Of a DNA stretch of 64,000 nt, positions 1-9,159 are shown piece by piece. The position numbers and the translations under genes were made by a program. The stretch is from the NCBI GenBank assembly GCA_036770665.1, contig DAIPIS010000002.1, positions 1,620-65,619 of the forward strand. The letters run 5' to 3'. The first letter of the stretch is position 1; each line of letters starts with the position of its first letter. The notes under the pieces are model-generated. The model had not been told where the DNA came from, made no database searches, and saw nothing but the letters and a program-made list of their open reading frames with translations. The stretch comes from Meridianimarinicoccus sp. (GTDB lineage: Bacteria > Pseudomonadota > Alphaproteobacteria > Rhodobacterales > Rhodobacteraceae).

Positions 1-362
1 AAGGGGGGGCTTGGTCACTTGCACGCCATTGGCGCACTGCCCCTGTCTGACGCGCCCCGGACAACCTGCCGACGGACCAACCCGGGCACGGTTCGTGGCC
101 ACGCGCCAGAACTCCGGCGGTACGGGTCAATGGGACCAAGGCGGTGCGGGGTGGTCAAGGGCGGTGCATCGTGATCGTCCCAACACGGGTAAGGCTCTTC
201 TTGCAGGGCCACGGCCTCTCGTCGGTGCAGAACGTGCTTGGCGATCGGCCTGCAGACCATCCGGCCTTGCCGGGACGCAATCAGCCCTGCCTGTCCCTGC
301 GTCGTGCGTCGCCGGGCAGAAGCAGCCATACCGCCCCGGATCATGCCGCTGCACCAAACGGC

Positions 363-390
363 AAAAGCGCCCCTCGCAGGGGGCGCTTTT
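363..390. terminator. Intrinsic terminator hairpin (bidirectional type)
   Basis: AAAAGCGCCCC-TCGCAG-GGGGCGCTTTT: 11-bp perfect stem with A/T tails on both sides, just downstream of the minus-strand ORF ending at 407. Confidence 0.8.
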
Positions 391-406
391 CAAGGGATGT
401 GATCGA

Positions 407-571
407 TCACTCGCCGATGAGGGCGCGCGACCGGCGGTCGCCATCGGCGGCGAGGGAGCTTTTGGGGGCGTTCGCCGTGCGGCGCTTTTCGATTGCACGG
501 ATGTTCAAGTAGGCAAAGGCCAGCACCGAGCCAATGGTGCCGAACGTAAGAATTCCAAGTCCAAAGTCCAT
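407..571 (-). CDS. Small single-pass membrane protein (54 aa), unknown function
   Basis: ATG at 571 preceded by CAGGAGAG RBS; MDFGLGILTFGTIGSVLAFAYL hydrophobic helix then a basic tail; followed by a terminator. Confidence 0.7.
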   Translation of the reverse strand: MDFGLGILTFGTIGSVLAFAYLNIRAIEKRRTANAPKSSLAADGDRRSRALIGE

Positions 572-599
572 GACACTCTCCTGTTGGTTTGTAGGAGAG

Positions 600-626
600 T
601 TACGCAAAGGCGCGGACACCGGTTCA
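600..626 (-). promoter_or_regulatory. Possible ECF sigma promoter (TGAAC-N17-CGTAA)
   Basis: Minus strand TGAAC cggtgtccgcgcctttg CGTAA about 30 nt upstream of the 571 start; resembles AAC...CGT ECF promoter architecture. Confidence 0.35.
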
Positions 627-673
627 CTTGCGGCGGAGAAAAGCACTTCACGGATGTGTTATTCGCGGGTGGA

Positions 674-949
674 TCACCGCGCGACGACGATCACGACCAG
701 CAAGTAACCCAGCAGCCCGACCACGCCCGCCTGTGCCGCAACGAACGCGCCCGCGACGAGAAGGGCGAGCGTGCCACCCACGATCACGGCCTGCTGGCGC
801 GCAGGCAGCGCCCCCAGCCGGGTTTCGACCTCGGGAAAACTCCTGCCGGGCCAAAGCCCGGAGATGAGTAGCGATGCAATGGTCCGAAAGCGGCGCCCGA
901 CGGCCTTTAGGACGTCACGCGTGGTGTTTGGCAACGTGTTCTGCGGCAT
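674..949 (-). CDS. Small membrane protein (91 aa), unknown function
   Basis: ATG at 949 with GAGAGG RBS; C-terminal hydrophobic hairpin AVIVGGTLALLVAGAFVAA...LLGYLLVVIVVAR. Confidence 0.65.
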   Translation of the reverse strand: MPQNTLPNTTRDVLKAVGRRFRTIASLLISGLWPGRSFPEVETRLGALPARQQAVIVGGTLALLVAGAFVAAQAGVVGLLGYLLVVIVVAR

Positions 950-1155
950 GGTTTCCTCTCGATCCGCACTATACGGAACGCGTTCCGGTGTGACAACCGG
1001 GCGGCGCAATTGTCACGGCCCCATGTCACGCAGAGTTTCATCAAAGGCGGCGCACGCCCCGGCGGGGGGCATCCCAACGACCCACGACCGCAGATTTGCG
1101 ACGGCACCGGACAGATGGTCCGGTACGCTGCAACCGTTGCCCGTTGCCGCGACTT

Positions 1156-1533
1156 TCAGACCGGGTTCTGCGCCCCGACGAAGTATTGCAGCTTGCCGTC
1201 TTCATCGAAGAGCGGACGAATGCGCAGGCGGTTCACGAACGGCTCCCCGGTCTTCCGGTAATTGACGATATCGATCGTGAAGGTCGTCTGCGCGGCGAGC
1301 GCCGCCCGGATCGCCTCAACGGCCTTCGGGTCGGTTCCGGGCCCCTGCAGGAAACGGCAGTTCCGCCCAAGCGCCTCCTCGGGCGCGTATCCGGTCTGCG
1401 CCTCGAACTCTTCGCTGACATAAATCATCGGATTGTCGTCGTGCCACGGATTGGTGATCACGACGCTCATCGTGCGCTCGTCGGAGTCCAGCAGGGTAAG
1501 AAGTTCTTCCTCGGTCGGGACGGACGTGTCCAC
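1156..1533 (-). CDS. Short stand-alone LOV (flavin-binding blue-light sensor) protein, DsLOV-like
   Basis: Canonical GRNCRFLQG motif, DNPMIYVS, NYRKTGEPFVN and terminal GAQ; no effector domain; GTG start at 1533 after GGAG RBS (upstream ATG starts possible). Confidence 0.93.
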   Translation of the reverse strand: MDTSVPTEEELLTLLDSDERTMSVVITNPWHDDNPMIYVSEEFEAQTGYAPEEALGRNCRFLQGPGTDPKAVEAIRAALAAQTTFTIDIVNYRKTGEPFVNRLRIRPLFDEDGKLQYFVGAQNPV

Positions 1534-1618
1534 AGCAATTCTCCATGGCGGAATGTCGGCTGATGTCATCATGCCATGTCGCCGCTGCGGAACCAATGGA
1601 CCAATCCCGCGCGTCTGA

Positions 1619-2164
1619 CTACTCAGCGCCCTTCCATATCTGCGGCGTGACGTAGACGACGCTGTCATCGACGCTGACCATGACGTCGCCGTCCTGGACA
1701 TTGACCTGAAGCTTCATCGTGCGGCGGGCCAGACCGGCCAACGCGGCCGTGTCGGTCTCCGGCAGATGGATGATCTTCAGGTTGTCGAAACGGGTGGTGC
1801 CGTTCCTGACCTTGTCCCACCACACCTCGGCCACCCTGCCGCCGTAGGGGTAGACGATCACCTGCGCCGCCTTGCTGCAGGACTGGCGCAGGACCTTCTC
1901 GCTCGGAAGCCCAAGGGCCACCCAGACGTCGATTTCGCCGCTCAGGCTTTTCTGCCAGAGGTCGGGCGCGTCATCCGCCGACAGTCCCCTGGTCATTTCC
2001 AGATGCTCGTGGGCGTTCAGGGCGAAGGCGACCAAACGCACCATCAGCCGCTCGTCCGTTTCCGAGGGATGCTTCGCAACGGTCAGCTTGTGGGTCTCGT
2101 AGTAATGACGATCCATGTCGGAGACCGACAGCTCGATCTTGTGGATGGTTGAATTCTGCGCCAT
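1619..2164 (-). CDS. yaeQ: YaeQ family protein
   Basis: MAQNSTIHKIELSVSDMDRHYY...HPSETDERLMVRL...GLS..D.PDLW signature of YaeQ; 181 aa. Confidence 0.9.
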   Translation of the reverse strand: MAQNSTIHKIELSVSDMDRHYYETHKLTVAKHPSETDERLMVRLVAFALNAHEHLEMTRGLSADDAPDLWQKSLSGEIDVWVALGLPSEKVLRQSCSKAAQVIVYPYGGRVAEVWWDKVRNGTTRFDNLKIIHLPETDTAALAGLARRTMKLQVNVQDGDVMVSVDDSVVYVTPQIWKGAE

Positions 2165-2555
2165 GACCCGCCCCGAAGCTCCAAGGATCGGCCTGCCTAC
2201 CGCGACCGGTGATCCTTGGAAAGCGTATACGGAGCCCGCAGGCAACCGCGCGGCAGCATCAAGACGGGAAAGCCCGGACAGCGGTGTCGTCCGTTGACCG
2301 TCTGCGGCCTGGACCGTGTGACCATGCGCGGTGGCGGGTCCTGCGCACCGCGGCAACCTCGCGCCACGGCAGGGCCAATGGCAGTTGCCGCTCCGCGCGG
2401 ACGTCGCCCCGATGGTGGCAATTCAGCGGCGAAGTGCCGTGCCGCCGTGATCAGGCCCCGCCGAAGGGACCTGCCGACGCGCGCCCATCTTTCCCGGCCT
2501 GCGGGGTCGCATTTTACCGTCGATGCCGTATGGTCGCGGGCAGGGGGGCGCGGAC

Positions 2556-4196
2556 ATGGCAACGAAAATACTGGTGCTGGGTGGCGGCTTCGCCGGGATG
2601 TATGCGGCAAATCAGGTGAAGCGCAGGCTTGGCGCGAAGGCCGATGTCGAGTTGATCAGCCGCGACAACTATTTCGTCTTTCAGCCACTCCTGCCCGAAG
2701 TCGCGGCCGGGTCCATTGCGCCCCTGCACGCCGTGTCGCCGTTGCGGGAATTGCTGAAGGGCGTGTTCGTCCGCAAGGCACGTATCGAAAGCGTGGATTT
2801 CGACCGAAAGATCGTGACCGTCTTTCAGGGCGTGCAGCGCCGCCCGACCGAGGTGCCCTACGACCACCTCGTGGTCGCGTTGGGCCAAGAGATCGATCTC
2901 AGCCGCATGCCGGGACTGACCGACCACGCGCTGACCATGAAGACGCTGGAGGATGCGCGCCGCCTGCGGGCGCATGTCATCGAACGGCTCGAACATGCCG
3001 AGATCACGCAACTGCCGGACGTGAAGCGCGGTGCGCTGACCTTCACCGTGATCGGCGGCGGCTTTTCGGGGATCGAGACCGTGGGCGAGATGAAGGAACT
3101 CATCGACCGGTCGCTGCGTTTTTACCCAAATATCAATCCCTCCGAAGTCAGGGTTGTGGTGCTGGAATTCGCTGGCCGGATCCTTGGCGAGATGCCCGAA
3201 AGGCTGGCCGCGTATGCCCATCGCACCCTCGAGAAACGCGGGATCGAGATCCGGACCGGGGTCGGCGTCGCCTCCGCGACCGGCACGCAACTGGTCACGA
3301 CAGCGGGCGACGTGATCGACACGCGCACCATCGTGGCGACGATCGGGAATGCGCCGTCGCCGGTGGTCCTGCGGCTCGACCTGCCCATCGCAAAGGGCAA
3401 GATCGCCGTGGACCGGACCATGCGGGTGCAAGGCCGCGACGATGTCTGGTCGCTGGGCGATTGCGCCATGATCCCGATGAAGGAGGGCGCCAGCGACCGC
3501 AGGGATTTCGCACCGCCAACCGCGCAGTTCGCGGTGCGCGAGGCGCGTCAGGTGGCGGACAACATCGCCGCATCCATCGACGGCAAGCCGCTCGCGCCGT
3601 TCGTCTATGCCTCCCAGGGTGCGCTCGCCTCGCTCGGGGCGCGGCGGGGCGTGGCCGAGGTGCGGGGGATGCAATTCACCGGCTTTGCCGCCTGGCTGCT
3701 GTGGCGCATGTATTACCTTGCATTCCTGCCGGGGCTGGCCACGCGGGCGCGGGTGCTGATCAACTGGATACTCGATGGCCTCAGCGCGCGCAGCGTGGTG
3801 CATCTGCGGGCCGAAACGCCCCGGGACATCCGCCATCACCACTACCGCGCGGGTGATCGCGTCTATGAACTCGGGAACCGCGCCGACGGCGTCTACACGG
3901 TCATCGACGGCGCGCTGGAGGTGCGCCGCGTGAACGAAGATGGAAGCGAAACGACCCGGATCATCGGTCCGGGCGATCATTTCGGCGAGCGGATTCTCTT
4001 TGGCGAGACGCGCCGCGGCGCCACCGTGCGCGCGCTGGAAGACAGCCGGGTCATGGTGATCGACGAAGAGGCGTTTCTCAAGCTCGCGGAGGGCTTCGCG
4101 CCGCTGCACGCCTATTTCACCGACTACCTGCGGACCACGCATGGATTGGATTGGGTGCCGTCCAGGCGGCGCGCCCCGGACACAGCGTCCGAGTAG
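2556..4196 (+). CDS. Type II NADH:quinone oxidoreductase (NDH-2) family protein with C-terminal cyclic-nucleotide-binding domain
   Basis: GGGFAG and GGGFSGIE Rossmann motifs, FQPLLPEVAAG, GDCA, PPTAQFA, amphipathic anchor LLWRMYYL; then a cNMP domain with GDHFGE...RRGATVRA. Confidence 0.88.
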   Translation: MATKILVLGGGFAGMYAANQVKRRLGAKADVELISRDNYFVFQPLLPEVAAGSIAPLHAVSPLRELLKGVFVRKARIESVDFDRKIVTVFQGVQRRPTEVPYDHLVVALGQEIDLSRMPGLTDHALTMKTLEDARRLRAHVIERLEHAEITQLPDVKRGALTFTVIGGGFSGIETVGEMKELIDRSLRFYPNINPSEVRVVVLEFAGRILGEMPERLAAYAHRTLEKRGIEIRTGVGVASATGTQLVTTAGDVIDTRTIVATIGNAPSPVVLRLDLPIAKGKIAVDRTMRVQGRDDVWSLGDCAMIPMKEGASDRRDFAPPTAQFAVREARQVADNIAASIDGKPLAPFVYASQGALASLGARRGVAEVRGMQFTGFAAWLLWRMYYLAFLPGLATRARVLINWILDGLSARSVVHLRAETPRDIRHHHYRAGDRVYELGNRADGVYTVIDGALEVRRVNEDGSETTRIIGPGDHFGERILFGETRRGATVRALEDSRVMVIDEEAFLKLAEGFAPLHAYFTDYLRTTHGLDWVPSRRRAPDTASE

Positions 4197-4433
4197 CCAG
4201 GCAGTTCCCTTGTCCGGGGTGCCGTTCATGACCCGAGCGGCGACGGGTCCGACACCATGGCGGCGGGATTGCTCCGTGTCATCCGGTACGATCTCGTGCC
4301 GATCCGTTCGAACCGGGCACACGCCCTGCGTGCGGCGGCCGTCCGGACCTCCTCTCCGCGCAGCGGTCAACGCGTCGATCAGAAGGTCCCGGCGGGCCGG
4401 AACGGCGCAAACTCTGCTGCGCCGCGGCGGTGC

Positions 4434-5726
4434 TCACGCCCGGTTCGCCACCGCGAGAAAGAAGCGCAGCATTTCCGCCGAAGCATCCGGCCCGTCCGGG
4501 TCGGTATAGGATCCGGACCGATCGCCGCCCGACCATGCGTGACCTCCGCCATGCAGGCGCCAGTCCTCGCACAGCGTCCGTCCTGTCGGGTCGGTATGGG
4601 AAACGCGGGTCCATGCGCGCCCACCGGCACTTTGCCCCTGCGCCTGCGTCATGGTCAGATCGCCCCCGCCGCCGGTGATCTGGGCGACGATCTCGTCGGC
4701 GTTGCTGCGGTGCACGGTCGCGTCGGCGTCGCCGTGAAAGACGATGGTCGGGACGGGGCGCGCGACCCGCCCGCTGCCGGGTGCCCGGCGCATCGCCGCG
4801 AAGGCCGAAACCATGTCGCGCGCGGCACCGCTGGCGAGGCCTGAGTGCACGCCGACGGCGGCGAAGAGGTCAGGATAGACCGCGCCCATCACCGCCGCTG
4901 TCGCGCCCCCCGCGGACAGGCCGGCGACGAAGACGCGCTGCGGGTCGACCGGGTGGTCGCGCAGGATGTCGCGCACCATCCCCGCGATCGCCCCGGGTTC
5001 GCCGCTGTCCCGCGCCTGATGCTCGGGGAGGAACCAGTTCCAGCAACGGTTCGGGTTCGCTGCCTGTGATTGCGCGGGATAGGCGACGAGAAAGCCCTGC
5101 GCCTCGGCGAGGCTGTTCATGCGCGTGCCCGCGGCGAAGTCCTCGGGTGTCTGCGTGCAGCCGTGCAGCATGACCACAAGCGGCAGGCGCTGGTCGGCCC
5201 GCCCCGATGGCGTATAGAGCCGATAGGCGAGCGTCCCGTGCGGACCGTGATGCACGCAGGCCGCGAAGGTCGCGCCCGCGGGCTGCGGCGGGGCTTCGAC
5301 CGGGGTCTGGTGCCGGACGGGGCGTGCCGCAGCGGGGGCGGCATGCCCTGCAACGAGGTCGCGCAGCGTCTGGCCAAGACCGCGTCGCAGGCGCCGGCGC
5401 CGCGACGGATCGCGCGGCGGCGATGCGGCGGCTTCACCCTCCGGCGCGGGATCGGGACGCGTGGCCTTGCCCGAGATCACGGGGGCCGGGCCGCGCGGCG
5501 ACGCGGTGGCGGCCGCGTCCTCCGGTGCGGGATCGAGGCGGACGGCGCTGCCCTCGATCACGGGGCCTTTGCCGTCCCATGTCGCCGGGTCGGTGCGATG
5601 CGCGGTGGGGCGGGGCGCGTCGCCACCGCGAAGGCCGCGCTGGATCAGCGCGGTCGCCGCAGTGAGATCGCCGGCCCGGACGAGGCGGGTCGCTTCGGTC
5701 ATGCGAACGAGAAGGGGGTTGGTCAC
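4434..5726 (-). CDS. PHB depolymerase family (LpqC-like) esterase with long Pro/Ala-rich N-terminal extension
   Basis: VVMLHGCTQ oxyanion motif, CWNWF, GLSAG nucleophile elbow, FHGDAD, GHAWSGG. Confidence 0.88.
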   Translation of the reverse strand: MTNPLLVRMTEATRLVRAGDLTAATALIQRGLRGGDAPRPTAHRTDPATWDGKGPVIEGSAVRLDPAPEDAAATASPRGPAPVISGKATRPDPAPEGEAAASPPRDPSRRRRLRRGLGQTLRDLVAGHAAPAAARPVRHQTPVEAPPQPAGATFAACVHHGPHGTLAYRLYTPSGRADQRLPLVVMLHGCTQTPEDFAAGTRMNSLAEAQGFLVAYPAQSQAANPNRCWNWFLPEHQARDSGEPGAIAGMVRDILRDHPVDPQRVFVAGLSAGGATAAVMGAVYPDLFAAVGVHSGLASGAARDMVSAFAAMRRAPGSGRVARPVPTIVFHGDADATVHRSNADEIVAQITGGGGDLTMTQAQGQSAGGRAWTRVSHTDPTGRTLCEDWRLHGGGHAWSGGDRSGSYTDPDGPDASAEMLRFFLAVANRA

Positions 5727-5840
5727 GGGCGCGGTTCTCCTGTTCGGGTGCGCGTCGGCGAACCCGGCTTGCTGCGCGACTGGGGCGCGGGAAAGGTCGT
5801 GGCGGTGGGCGGTTGCGGGGTCTGGGTCTCGGGTGGACCC

Positions 5841-6248
5841 TTATTCGATCCGGTCCGCGACTGCGGCCTTCACGGCGGCGCTCGCGTGCAGCGCGCCCAG
5901 CACGCTGAGCGATGCGATGGTCGCGCGGGCGAGGTCCGGGCTCACGTCGCTGTCGATGCTGACAAGGCCGAGCACGCGCAGCGCCAGCATCTCGCCCCCC
6001 GCACGCGCTGCCTCAAGCTCGGCGCGTGCGATCCTGCGCAGGCCGAGATGCGCGTCGGCGCGCTGGACGGCGCGCTTCACGTCATCGTCGTGCCGGTCGA
6101 GATGGTTGCGGATCGCCGTGCGGATGAGGTCCGAGCGGTTGGAATAAAAGCCCTCCCGCACGAGCAGGTCGATGCGTCCGAGATCGACGAAACCCAGATT
6201 GAGGGTGATCTTTTCGGTCTCTGGAAGTTTTGCGCGGTCGTCAGCCAT
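5841..6248 (-). CDS. CopG/ribbon-helix-helix transcriptional regulator
   Basis: EKITLNLGFVDLGRIDLLVREGFYSNRSDLIRTAIRN RHH pattern; directly upstream of the esterase. Confidence 0.85.
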   Translation of the reverse strand: MADDRAKLPETEKITLNLGFVDLGRIDLLVREGFYSNRSDLIRTAIRNHLDRHDDDVKRAVQRADAHLGLRRIARAELEAARAGGEMLALRVLGLVSIDSDVSPDLARATIASLSVLGALHASAAVKAAVADRIE

Positions 6249-6260
6249 CGTGATCTCTCA

Positions 6261-6306
6261 TATCATCCGTGTGGATGGTATATGGATGCCATTAGCCCCC
6301 TGTCAA
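6261..6306 (-). promoter_or_regulatory. Promoter/operator of the CopG-esterase unit
   Basis: TTGACA on minus strand (6301-6306); near-perfect palindrome TATCATCC-GTGT-GGATGGTA at 6261-6280 and a further TGGATG copy. Confidence 0.5.
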
Positions 6307-6519
6307 GCGGCGGGTTGCCTCGCGCCGTCGGGAAAACACCGGAGGACTCCCCGCCTTCAAGGTCGCCTTCCGACCATGGGGCCGGTGCGGCCCCGGACGT
6401 TGCGCAAGGCGCCGCTGCTGCTGTTGCTGCCCCACATTCCGTAGGGGACGGTTCGGATCGGTTTCGCAGCACGGCCACGTGCCCGCCTTGGAGCGCGTTC
6501 GCCTGCCGCTGGATGGCGA

Positions 6520-7551
6520 TCAGGTGGCGGGACAGGCGATGGTCGTCGCGCGCAGGACAAGTTCGACCGGGAATTCCTGTCCGGTCGGTTGGTAGGTCCC
6601 CGACAGGATCATCTCCACCAGTTGACGCGCGGCCTCGCTGCCGATTTCGGTGGCCGGAAGCCGGACCGTGGTCAGCGGCGGCAGCATTTCGGCCGATCCG
6701 TTGAAATCGCCGATTCCGATGATGGAAATGTCGGCCGGGATCGTGAGGCCAAGCTCGAACGCGGCGTAGATGGCACCGCGCGCGATGACGTCATTGCAGC
6801 ACAGGATGGCTGTCGGGCGGGGTGAGAGCCGCAGCACCGCACCGGCGGCCGCCTTGGCGCGGCCGACATCGTAGTGGGATTCGGAATTGTGCTCGGAACG
6901 CACGGCGATGCCGGCCGCCGCGAGGGTGTCGATGGCGGCCGAATGGCGAAGCCGCGCGCGGTCATTGTCGTGTGTGGGTGGGAACAGCAGCGCGATCCGG
7001 CGGTGGCCCATGTCGACAAGATGTTGCGCGGCCACGCGCCCGGCCTCGGCGTTGCGGACGCCCACACTGGGCAGACGGCCCGTCGGGTCGTGGTTCCACA
7101 ATGCGATGGCGGGAGATCTCTGCGAGGCGATCAGCGCAAAGCTGTCCTCGGCATGGTCGAGCCCGATCAGCGCGACGCCGTCGACACGATGTTCCAGAAA
7201 CTTGCGCAACAGGGCGTATTCGCGCTGCAGATCATAGCCATGCGCCGCCAGAAGCAGGGTGAACCCAAGCTCGTCCGCCTTTGCGCCGAAGGATTGCACC
7301 AGCGAGGCGAAGATGGCGTAATCGACCGTGGGCACGATCAGGCCGATCGTGGCGCTGCGGCGGCCATGCATGGCCTGCGCCGCGCGGTTGCGGATGTATC
7401 CTGTTTCGCGAATCGCATCCTCGACCCGCTTGCGCGTGTCCGGGCTGACCATCTGAGGGTGATTCATCACGCGCGACACCGTTGCCGGTGACACGCCCGC
7501 CGCTGTGGCGACGCTGAAAATGTTGATCGGGTCGTCGGCACGGCGCATCAT
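6520..7551 (-). CDS. LacI family transcriptional regulator, divergent from the sulfoacetate operon
   Basis: INIFSVATAAGVSPATVSRVMN HTH, YIRNRAA hinge, sugar-binding-like domain ending PPLTTVR...LVLRAT. Confidence 0.92.
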   Translation of the reverse strand: MMRRADDPINIFSVATAAGVSPATVSRVMNHPQMVSPDTRKRVEDAIRETGYIRNRAAQAMHGRRSATIGLIVPTVDYAIFASLVQSFGAKADELGFTLLLAAHGYDLQREYALLRKFLEHRVDGVALIGLDHAEDSFALIASQRSPAIALWNHDPTGRLPSVGVRNAEAGRVAAQHLVDMGHRRIALLFPPTHDNDRARLRHSAAIDTLAAAGIAVRSEHNSESHYDVGRAKAAAGAVLRLSPRPTAILCCNDVIARGAIYAAFELGLTIPADISIIGIGDFNGSAEMLPPLTTVRLPATEIGSEAARQLVEMILSGTYQPTGQEFPVELVLRATTIACPAT

Positions 7552-7570
7552 GACCCGCAACAAACATGTT

Positions 7571-7598
7571 ATGAAAATGATTGCAATACTATTTTCAT
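7571..7598. promoter_or_regulatory. Putative LacI-family operator
   Basis: ATGAAAAT-N12-ATTTTCAT inverted repeat containing an internal ATTGCAAT palindrome in the AT-rich divergent intergenic region. Confidence 0.6.
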
Positions 7599-7749
7599 TG
7601 CATATTTTTGGGTCAATGCCGCAACGAACCAACAAGGGCGCGGCACAGGGAGAGACATGCCGGACTGCAGATCGGCCATGCCGGAGACCCGTGAGGTCAC
7701 CGGTCGGGAAAGGTCTGGCGTCAAGCGCGGCAGGGCGGAGGAGCCAAGC

Positions 7750-9159
7750 ATGAATGTCGGTTTCGAGGCAGATGCCGTCGACGGCGTCGTTGCGGCGGCG
7801 CGCGAGGCGCAGCGCCGCTACGAGGCGGCGGGCAGTCAGGCGCGCTACGACCGGGCCGCGCTGGCAGCCGGGTGGGCGGTGATGCAACCAGACCGGAACC
7901 GCGAACTGGCCGAGTTGGCCGTGGCGGTCACCGGCCTTGGCAATGTGGCGGACAAGATCACCAAGAACCACCGCAAGACGCTGGGCCTGCTGCGCGATCT
8001 GCGTGGCGTGCGGACGTGGGGCGTTGTGCTGGACGACGCCGAACGGGGCCTGACCGAAATTGCGCGCCCCTTGGGCGTCATCGCCGCCGTCACGCCGTCG
8101 ACCAATCCGGTCGCCACGCCGGTCAACAACGTAATCAATGCCCTGATCTGCGGCAATGCGATCGTTCTGTCGCCCTCGCCCAAGGGCGAGGCGTGCTGTG
8201 CGCGGCTGATCGGGCATATCCATGCGGAATTCGACAAGATCGGCGAAGACCGGGATCTTGTGCAGATGGTGCCGCCGCCGGGGTCGAAGGCACGCACGCA
8301 GCGGCTTCTGGAAACGGCGGATCTTGCCGTGGTGACAGGCAGTCAGGACAACGTGCGCCGCGCCTATTCCAGCGGAACGCCCGCGATCGGCGTGGGCGCG
8401 GGCAATGTCGCGGTGATCGTTGATGAAACCGCCGATCCCGACGCGGCAGCGCGGCGGATCGCGCAATCGAAGACCTTTGACAACGCGACCTCCTGTTCTT
8501 CGGAAAATGCGCTGGTGGTGGTGGACGCGATCTATGACGCCTTCGTTGCGGCACTGGGTCGGGTGGGGTGCGCGGTGCTGCCCGCCTCCGATGCGCCGGA
8601 CATCGTGGCGCGGCTCTGGTCGCATGGCCATCTTGACCGGAATGTCATCGCCCGGGATGCGCCCCACGTGATCGCGCGGCTGGGGCTGTCGGACCGCGTC
8701 CCGCGGGAAACCCGGTTTCTTGCCGTCGAGACCGATGGGATCGGCCCGGATCATCCGCTGTCGGGGGAAAAGCTGAGCCTCGTGCTCGCGCTCTATCGGG
8801 CGCGGGACTTCGCGCATGCGACGGAACTGGCGGGTCGGCTGCTGGCGCATCAGGGGGCGGGCCATTCGGTCGGCATCCACACGGCGGATGACGCGCGACC
8901 GCAGGTTCTGGGCCGGGTGCTGCCGACCTGCCGGGTGATCGTGAACCAGCCGCATGCGATGGCGACCGGCGGAAGTTTCGAGAATGCGCTGCCTTTCTCG
9001 CTGTCGATGGGCTGCGGCAGCTGGGGCGGCAATTCGATAGACAACAACCTGCACTGGCGGCATTTCCTGCAGACGACCAAGATCGTTCACCCGATCCCGC
9101 CGCGCGAACCGGCGATGGCGGACATCTTCCAGACCTACTGGGCGGAGGTGGGCAAATGA
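7750..9159 (+). CDS. sauS: Sulfoacetaldehyde dehydrogenase (CoA-acylating)
   Basis: Acylating ALDH motifs TPSTNP, GVGAGN, KTFDNATSCSSE (catalytic Cys), GEKLS, GCGSWGGN; KITKNHRKTLG segment; context with acyl-CoA ligase and xsc; GGAGGAG RBS. Confidence 0.85.
   Translation: MNVGFEADAVDGVVAAAREAQRRYEAAGSQARYDRAALAAGWAVMQPDRNRELAELAVAVTGLGNVADKITKNHRKTLGLLRDLRGVRTWGVVLDDAERGLTEIARPLGVIAAVTPSTNPVATPVNNVINALICGNAIVLSPSPKGEACCARLIGHIHAEFDKIGEDRDLVQMVPPPGSKARTQRLLETADLAVVTGSQDNVRRAYSSGTPAIGVGAGNVAVIVDETADPDAAARRIAQSKTFDNATSCSSENALVVVDAIYDAFVAALGRVGCAVLPASDAPDIVARLWSHGHLDRNVIARDAPHVIARLGLSDRVPRETRFLAVETDGIGPDHPLSGEKLSLVLALYRARDFAHATELAGRLLAHQGAGHSVGIHTADDARPQVLGRVLPTCRVIVNQPHAMATGGSFENALPFSLSMGCGSWGGNSIDNNLHWRHFLQTTKIVHPIPPREPAMADIFQTYWAEVGK

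Noticed and set aside
1..360. Overlapping ORFs 11..871, 15..344, 127..498 and 144..512
   Set aside because: No recognisable motifs or RBS, Arg/Pro-rich shadow-like composition, and several overlap better-supported small genes and a terminator
985..1030. PpsR site near the LOV gene
   Set aside because: The TGT-N12-ACA spacing is not met; the inverted repeat present is a different motif
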